Shown here one piece after another: positions 58,332-64,000 of a stretch of 64,000 nt of DNA. Origin of the DNA: a virus (Duplodnaviria > Heunggongvirae > Uroviricota > Caudoviricetes); the IMG/VR virus record IMGVR_UViG_3300026549_000033, positions 131,222 through 195,221 of that record. One strand, given 5' to 3'. Made by a program: the position numbers and the translations under genes. Position 1 is the stretch's first letter, and every line of letters starts with the position of its first letter. Below the pieces are notes generated by a model. That model ran no database searches, had not been told where the DNA came from, and worked only from the letters and a program-made list of their open reading frames with translations.

Positions 58332-59326
58332 ATGGTAGCAATTTCAATAGCAGTTCCCGTTTATAATGTAGAGAAATATCTTATAAAGTGCCTAAACTCT
58401 ATCTTTAAGCAGAGCTTTAAAGATATAGAGGTTATTTGTGTGGATGATGGGTCCACTGATAAGTCTCCGTTAATTCTTAAGGAATTTTCTAAAATTTATG
58501 AGAACATGAAAATCATAACTCAAGAAAATCAAGGTTTATCAGTTGCAAGGAATGCTGCAGTTGCTGAAGCTAAGGGTAAGTACATTATGTTCATAGACGC
58601 AGACGATTTACTTACTATGGGGACTGCTTTAGAACGATTATACAACTACGCGGAAAGTCATAACTCAGACGTTGTAATTTTTGATTTCTTAAGCGGCGGG
58701 GTAGATTTGAAAAATCCTCAGCGTCATCATTTCCCAAATGTAGCAGAAAGGTACGGAGAAACTTCTTTTAATGCGTTCTTAGCAGAACCTTTTGTTTATA
58801 GGTTTATCCCTGTAGCAACATGGACAAAATTATATAAAACGGAAGTAATTAGAGATATACAGTTTGTACCAAATCTGAATAATCAAGATGTTGTTCATTG
58901 GGCGCAAGTATATACTAAGGCAACAAATATAAATTATTTCCCTATCCCTGTTTATTATTATACTATTCAAAGGGAAGGGGCTATTACGGGAATAAAGGGT
59001 AGAAAAGCCTTCGATGTTTTTAAGGCTTTCGGGAAACCTTAAAGGTTTTGAAAGAGTCAGGGTATTACGAAAAATTTAAAAATATACATTATACGCACTT
59101 TTGTAGTAACTTAATTCATAAGTTAAAAATTGTAGAACCGTCAATTCGGAAGGAGCTTATAGAAAAAATACAAGAGGTAGAAATAGATATAAATTGGGAA
59201 ACTTTTAAAAATGAAAATTTTTATCCATTTGAAAAAGAAGATATAAAAGTTATCCTGTTCATAAAGGAACATAAATTTAAAGATATAAGGAAATTTTTAG
59301 TTAGCAGGGGAATTTGGAAAAAATAA
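58332..59326 (+). CDS. GT2-family glycosyltransferase, split by a 1-nt frameshift at about 59031
   Basis: VPVYNVEKYL, VDDGSTD, ARNAA, FIDADD; one extra G in GGG fuses 58314..59042 with 59048..59326. Confidence 0.85.
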
Positions 59327-60246
59327 TGAAAATTTTAGTTACAGGGGGAGCAGGTTTTATAGGGTTACACCTTGTGGAGAGGCTTCTTAAAGAGTGGTGT
59401 CAGGTTGTAGTCGTTGATAAATTATATAAAGGAGACGCTAAATTATTATGTAACACATATAACTGCAATTGTTATATAGGAGACATTTGTAATAAAGACT
59501 TTTTAGAAAATGTAATAGGTTTAGAAACACCTGATGTTATAGTACATTTAGCTGCTGCAGCGGGGGTTAGAGATTCCTTTGAGTTTCCAAACAGATATGT
59601 AAGAACGAATATAGAGGGGACTCTTAATGTATTAGAGTGCATGCGGAAGTACAACATAAATAAGATTGTTTTTGCTTCATCGTCTTCGGTATACGGAGAT
59701 TATCCTGCTGAAAAATTCTCGGAGGACGCATGTGATATAAAGCCTATATCTCCGTACGCTTGCTCCAAGTTATGTGGGGAGCAATTAGTTTATACATATT
59801 CAAAAGCGTATGATATAAATGCGGTGTGCTTAAGATTTTTTACAGTGTACGGGCCACGGCAGAGGAAAGATTTAGCAATAAGGAAATTTACAGAATCTAT
59901 AGTTAACGGAATTCCTATTCAAGTTTATGGAGACGGAACTTCTTCAAGAGACTACACATATATAGACGACGTAATAGAAGGTATTATAACTGCTATAAGG
60001 TATAATAACTCCCATTATGAAATTTTCAATATAGGTAGCGGAAGTCCTATCAGTTTAAATGAAATGATAAGTACCATAGCTGAAGAAGTAGGAAAGAAAG
60101 CTGTAGGGCACAAAGTCGGTATGCAAAAAGGAGATGTTTACAGGACAGCAGCTGACCTATCTAAAGCTAAAAAGCTTTTAGGGTACAGTCCTAAAGTCTC
60201 TTTTAAGAAAGGGATTAAGCAATTTGTAGAGTGGTTGAATTTTTGA
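59326..60246 (+). CDS. NAD-dependent nucleotide-sugar epimerase/dehydratase (UDP-glucuronate 4-epimerase-like)
   Basis: TGGAGFIG, HLAA.AGVR.S, SSSSVYG, YACSK, LRFFTVYGP. Confidence 0.9.
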   Translation: MKILVTGGAGFIGLHLVERLLKEWCQVVVVDKLYKGDAKLLCNTYNCNCYIGDICNKDFLENVIGLETPDVIVHLAAAAGVRDSFEFPNRYVRTNIEGTLNVLECMRKYNINKIVFASSSSVYGDYPAEKFSEDACDIKPISPYACSKLCGEQLVYTYSKAYDINAVCLRFFTVYGPRQRKDLAIRKFTESIVNGIPIQVYGDGTSSRDYTYIDDVIEGIITAIRYNNSHYEIFNIGSGSPISLNEMISTIAEEVGKKAVGHKVGMQKGDVYRTAADLSKAKKLLGYSPKVSFKKGIKQFVEWLNF

Positions 60247-60271
60247 CAATTTTCTTATTATATTATATAAT
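60243..60271 (+). promoter_or_regulatory. Consensus sigma70 promoter
   Basis: TTGACA-17-TATAAT. Confidence 0.75.
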
Positions 60272-60295
60272 AAGAAATAAGAGAGGGTAAATAAA

Positions 60296-62032
60296 TTGAG
60301 ACCACTTATAAGTTTAGACGTTTTTGACACAGCAATCTTTAGGAAAGTTCTTAATCCTACTGATATCTTTAATATAGTTGAAGAACAAGTAGGGCATAAC
60401 TTTAAAACGATACGTATGGCGGCTCAAGATAGAATGCGCAGGAAGGACATTTATTATAATCTTATAGATATTTATAAAGAGAGTGCTTTCCCTTTTAATC
60501 CTAAAGAAGAAATAAAAGCAGAGTATAATAACTGTAAGGCGAATCCTTATGTGTTAAATATGTATAATAACACAGACGCTGACTTCATATTTATATCAGA
60601 TATGTACCTTCCGGCCACAGTTATAAAGAGCATGCTTGAAAAGTGCGGTTATAAAAATCCGCAAGTATACGTTTCTTGTGAGTACAGAGCTCTTAAGGGA
60701 GACGGTAAGTTATTTATTAAAGTGGAAAAAGCTCTTAATAGAAGAATTTCTAAGCATGTTGGTGATAATTATTACGCAGATATAGTGGGAGCTAAGAAAG
60801 CAGGAATTCCTGAGGTGGAGTTTATTGGGCCTCCCGTTTATAACAAAGAGATTGTTACTCCACCTTTGCAAAATGTTAAGCTCAGAAAGATTTTAGTAGA
60901 TAATGAATTAAGAGAAGCTTCTACAGAAGAAAAAATTGGGTATATGTTTGCTCCGCTTATCCTTGCCTTTACGCAATCAGTTTTAGACGAAGCCACTGAT
61001 AAGCAAACAGTCTATTTTAATGCAAGAGATAGCTTTCTTATGTATATAGTAGCGAGGTGGATACTTAAAACTAAGAAAAAAATTAAATACTGTAGATTTA
61101 GCAGAAAATCGTGCTTATTATCAGATGTAATTACACACCTTAGTATAACTCATCAATTAAATAGTCCTTCGTTGCATTTCTTTAAAATCCAAAGAGCTAA
61201 GAGCTTACGGGATTTCTTAAAATTATATAATATAAGTGAAGACCGTGATTTTTCAGATATTTACAGAGAATTTGGAATAGGTTTAGATACGGATATAGAA
61301 TTTCACAATAGGCGTCCTTTAATCATAGAGAGGCTTTTAATGAAATGTCAGGAAGAATTCTATAGTAAAGTTAGAGTTGAAAGAAAGAACTTTTTAGCTT
61401 ATTTAAAAAGAATAGGTATAAAGAATAATGATATTTTTGTGGATTTAGGGTATGCAGGTACTATCCAAGGAATTATTAAACGAATATCAGGAATAGACTT
61501 AAAGGGAAGATATATAAATACTTATGATAGTACAGGGAAATATATGGGGCACGTTTTTGAGAAGAAGTCCTTCCTTCCTGTTGGCCTTATGCGTTCTTAC
61601 GGTGGGGCGGTAATAGAAGTCATATTTACTGAAGAAATAGGAACAGTAGTAGGATACGAAGCTGACGGAAAACCTATACTATTACAAGATTTTAAATTTA
61701 GAAAGGATATATCTCGTAGGATTTTTAAAGGAGCCCTTAAAGGAGTTAAAGATTTGATATCAGAAGGGATTAATAAAATAAGTGCTCATGATTGTACTAT
61801 AATTCTTAAGAGATATTTAGATAAGCCAACCATCGAAGAAGCCCTTTTCGGAAGTAAAAAAATATTTGAAAATGGAACGAACGGAACGGAAAGTATTACA
61901 TGGTACGATCACGAATTTATAAAGGAAGGTAAGTTAAGAGAATGCTATAATAAAAGCTATTGGAAGGCTGCATTTAAACTTCTCTTAAGTAATGACCCAC
62001 AGTATAAATTTTTAACAAAGGTAATTGGATAA
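60296..62032 (+). CDS. HAD-superfamily protein of the polysaccharide-locus type
   Basis: SLDVFDT, ISDMYL, HVGDN...D, ARD, VDLGYAGTIQ. Confidence 0.8.
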   Translation: MRPLISLDVFDTAIFRKVLNPTDIFNIVEEQVGHNFKTIRMAAQDRMRRKDIYYNLIDIYKESAFPFNPKEEIKAEYNNCKANPYVLNMYNNTDADFIFISDMYLPATVIKSMLEKCGYKNPQVYVSCEYRALKGDGKLFIKVEKALNRRISKHVGDNYYADIVGAKKAGIPEVEFIGPPVYNKEIVTPPLQNVKLRKILVDNELREASTEEKIGYMFAPLILAFTQSVLDEATDKQTVYFNARDSFLMYIVARWILKTKKKIKYCRFSRKSCLLSDVITHLSITHQLNSPSLHFFKIQRAKSLRDFLKLYNISEDRDFSDIYREFGIGLDTDIEFHNRRPLIIERLLMKCQEEFYSKVRVERKNFLAYLKRIGIKNNDIFVDLGYAGTIQGIIKRISGIDLKGRYINTYDSTGKYMGHVFEKKSFLPVGLMRSYGGAVIEVIFTEEIGTVVGYEADGKPILLQDFKFRKDISRRIFKGALKGVKDLISEGINKISAHDCTIILKRYLDKPTIEEALFGSKKIFENGTNGTESITWYDHEFIKEGKLRECYNKSYWKAAFKLLLSNDPQYKFLTKVIG

Positions 62033-63174
62033 TGTATTTAACCTATTTAAATCACTATAATATAAGACAGTGTGAGGCTCAATATTTGGATATGTTCTAT
62101 CAGAACTTAGAAAGTCTTCCTGAAACGCACTATGTAATAAGTAAAGAGTACTTAAAGAAATTTACTCCTGCACAAAGATGGGAAGTTCGTAAAGTTGAGC
62201 AAGAGTGGGGTAAGTATTCTGATTTATGGGCAAAGCTCAAACCCTCTGATTATACAATAATGAAGAAGCCTGAAGAATTATTAAACATACAAGAGCCTTC
62301 AAAAATATTATATGCAACTACAAGTACAATAATTCCTTCACAAGTGGAAGTACTTAAGGGAATTTTACAAAAGAAGGGGGCTCAGATTAAAGCAGGTATT
62401 ACGTGGGTTAATAATAAATGTTTTAAGGATACTCTTCAGGAGTTTGGTATTCCCACTATACACCACGAGTTAGGTCCGTTTCGTCCTGCCACCTATATTC
62501 CCACTATTTATATGGATTTCAGTGGAGTAAATGGGGGTACAGAATTTGACGAGAGATTTAAAGAATTTTTAAAGGTAGCAGATCAAGTCCCTATTTTAAG
62601 TAGAAAAGAGTTAATAAGAGTTCTTTCTCCTTCTCATTATAGGGAACTGTGTGAAATTTTAGATAATAAAAGCAGAAAGTACGAAATAGGAGTAGGTCTT
62701 CAAGTTGAGGTAGATACTAACCTTCTCTTATTTAATAATAATTGTAATTGGGTGGACCCGATATTAGCTGCCAAAATGAATTCTTCTAAGAAAGTTCTTG
62801 TTAGACCTCATCCTTGTGCGGGTTATATAATGAAGCCTGACGGAAGAATGGAAATTGACGATATAACTAAAGGGAATGCCGTGCAATTTATAAATAAGTG
62901 CGAAGAAATTTATTGCTTAAACTCTTCTATTGGTATTGAAGCTATACTATTAGGAAGAAAAGCTAAGATATTTGGGGACAGTCCTTTTAAAAATGTATGT
63001 AGTATGAACGAAGACCTTCAAATAAAAGCTTTAAATTTTATTGTTTTTGGATATTTAATTCATAAAGAGCTTCTTTTTAATGACAGCTATTACAAGTATC
63101 GTTTAGCAAACAGAGGCAATGAAAAAGCAATATACTTAGACAATGTGAAGAGACTTCTTGAGAAGGCTAAATAG
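62032..63174 (+). CDS. Capsule-type GT-B glycosyltransferase (KpsC/KpsS/GT99 beta-Kdo-transferase-like)
   Basis: HELGPFR, GLQVEVD, RPHP, NSSIGIEAILLG. Confidence 0.7.
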   Translation: MYLTYLNHYNIRQCEAQYLDMFYQNLESLPETHYVISKEYLKKFTPAQRWEVRKVEQEWGKYSDLWAKLKPSDYTIMKKPEELLNIQEPSKILYATTSTIIPSQVEVLKGILQKKGAQIKAGITWVNNKCFKDTLQEFGIPTIHHELGPFRPATYIPTIYMDFSGVNGGTEFDERFKEFLKVADQVPILSRKELIRVLSPSHYRELCEILDNKSRKYEIGVGLQVEVDTNLLLFNNNCNWVDPILAAKMNSSKKVLVRPHPCAGYIMKPDGRMEIDDITKGNAVQFINKCEEIYCLNSSIGIEAILLGRKAKIFGDSPFKNVCSMNEDLQIKALNFIVFGYLIHKELLFNDSYYKYRLANRGNEKAIYLDNVKRLLEKAK

Positions 63175-63204
63175 AATTAAATTTTAAATAATGGAGATTT
63201 TCAA

Positions 63205-63486
63205 ATGACAGAAAAAGAAATTTTGTACAAACCTGAAGGTGTATGCAGCAAATACATAAAAGTAATTATAAGTGAAGAAGATGGAAATAATAAAGAAGAT
63301 AATATTATTAAAAAAGCGATATTTATGGGTGGATGTCCTGGGAATGCCCTTGGACTATCTCTTGCCATAGAAGGAAGAAGTGCTAAAAGTGTAATGAACC
63401 TGTTAAAAGATGTAAAATGCGGAGCAAAGAGCACAAGCTGCCCTGCTGAATTAAGTAAAGCTTTAGAAGAATACATTAACAGTTAA
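63205..63486 (+). CDS. TSCPD-domain protein (TIGR03905-like)
   Basis: GVCS...FMGGCPGN...CGAKSTSCPAEL. Confidence 0.8.
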   Translation: MTEKEILYKPEGVCSKYIKVIISEEDGNNKEDNIIKKAIFMGGCPGNALGLSLAIEGRSAKSVMNLLKDVKCGAKSTSCPAELSKALEEYINS

Positions 63487-63506
63487 AAGTAAGAAAGGAA
63501 ATTATT

Positions 63507-64000
63507 ATGTTTGTAAAGAACAAAGAAAAAATTGATTTTAAGTATAGGAAAGGAAATTACTTAGCAATATTAAAGGCTCTTTCAGTTTCTTACATAGACG
63601 AAACAAAAGTAACAGCCCAAGAATTAATTAACTGCTACGGACAGAGAATTGATATCATTTCAAGAGACGTGGCTGCTGAAGTAACTCCTGAGGTCAAAGA
63701 AGAAAAGAAAGCAGAAAAAGTACAAGCTACAGTTTCAAAAGAAGAAGTGACTGTGAAAAAATCTGACTTGGATGATTCTTTTTTAGAAAAAGTTTTAGGT
63801 GAAATAAAGGAAGAAGAAAATAACTGTGGTAATCCTGAAGGTACAGAAACAACTACTGAAGGTACAGAAGAAGGTACAGAAACAACTACCGAAGGTACAG
63901 AAACTAATCCTGAAGGTACAGAAACAACTACCGAAGGTACAGAAACTAATCCTGAAGGTACAGAAACAACTACCGAAGGTACAGAAACTAATCCTGAAGG
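63507..64000 (+). CDS. Partial ORF with Thr/Glu-rich tandem repeats (runs off window)
   Basis: MFVKNKEKIDF... open to the window end. Confidence 0.7.
   Translation, partial: MFVKNKEKIDFKYRKGNYLAILKALSVSYIDETKVTAQELINCYGQRIDIISRDVAAEVTPEVKEEKKAEKVQATVSKEEVTVKKSDLDDSFLEKVLGEIKEEENNCGNPEGTETTTEGTEEGTETTTEGTETNPEGTETTTEGTETNPEGTETTTEGTETNPE
63831..64000 (+). repeat. 42-bp coding tandem repeat (NPEGTETTTEGTET)
   Basis: aatcctgaaggtacagaaacaactaccgaaggtacagaaact repeated to the end of the window. Confidence 0.9.

Noticed and set aside
1-64000. Stop-codon reassignment; tRNA or rRNA genes
   Set aside because: Long genes are intact under the standard code and end in TAA, TAG and TGA; no cloverleaf or rRNA sequence recognised
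63831-64000. Terminal repeat as CRISPR or telomere
   Set aside because: In-frame coding tandem repeat without unique spacers

Overview
AT-rich segment of a large T4-like (myovirus-type) phage genome. The left part (about 1-34.5 kb, mostly minus strand) holds a lysis module, a baseplate wedge and gp25-like protein, many tail fibres and two LRR adhesins. It also contains an array of about 8 overlapping mini-genes with conserved junctions. The right part (plus strand) encodes a Toprim primase-like protein, a region-2-only sigma factor, terminase, portal, putative internal-head proteins, gp21-like prohead protease, scaffold, gp23-like major capsid protein and a glycan-synthesis cluster. At the strand switch is an origin-like non-coding region and a truncated, apparently nuclease-dead TnpB. 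Its omega-RNA-like scaffold runs directly into a 118-nt sequence that is a 115/118 copy of a site about 300-420 bp upstream of the gene; this is the strongest candidate for a new RNA-guided system. Other highlights are polyprotein-like head proteins punctuated by protease-type linkers, an ATTAAATT late-promoter motif, and widespread leaderless gene starts. All family assignments come from motif recognition only; no database searches were run. A Gastranaerophilales (Melainabacteria) host is a tentative inference.
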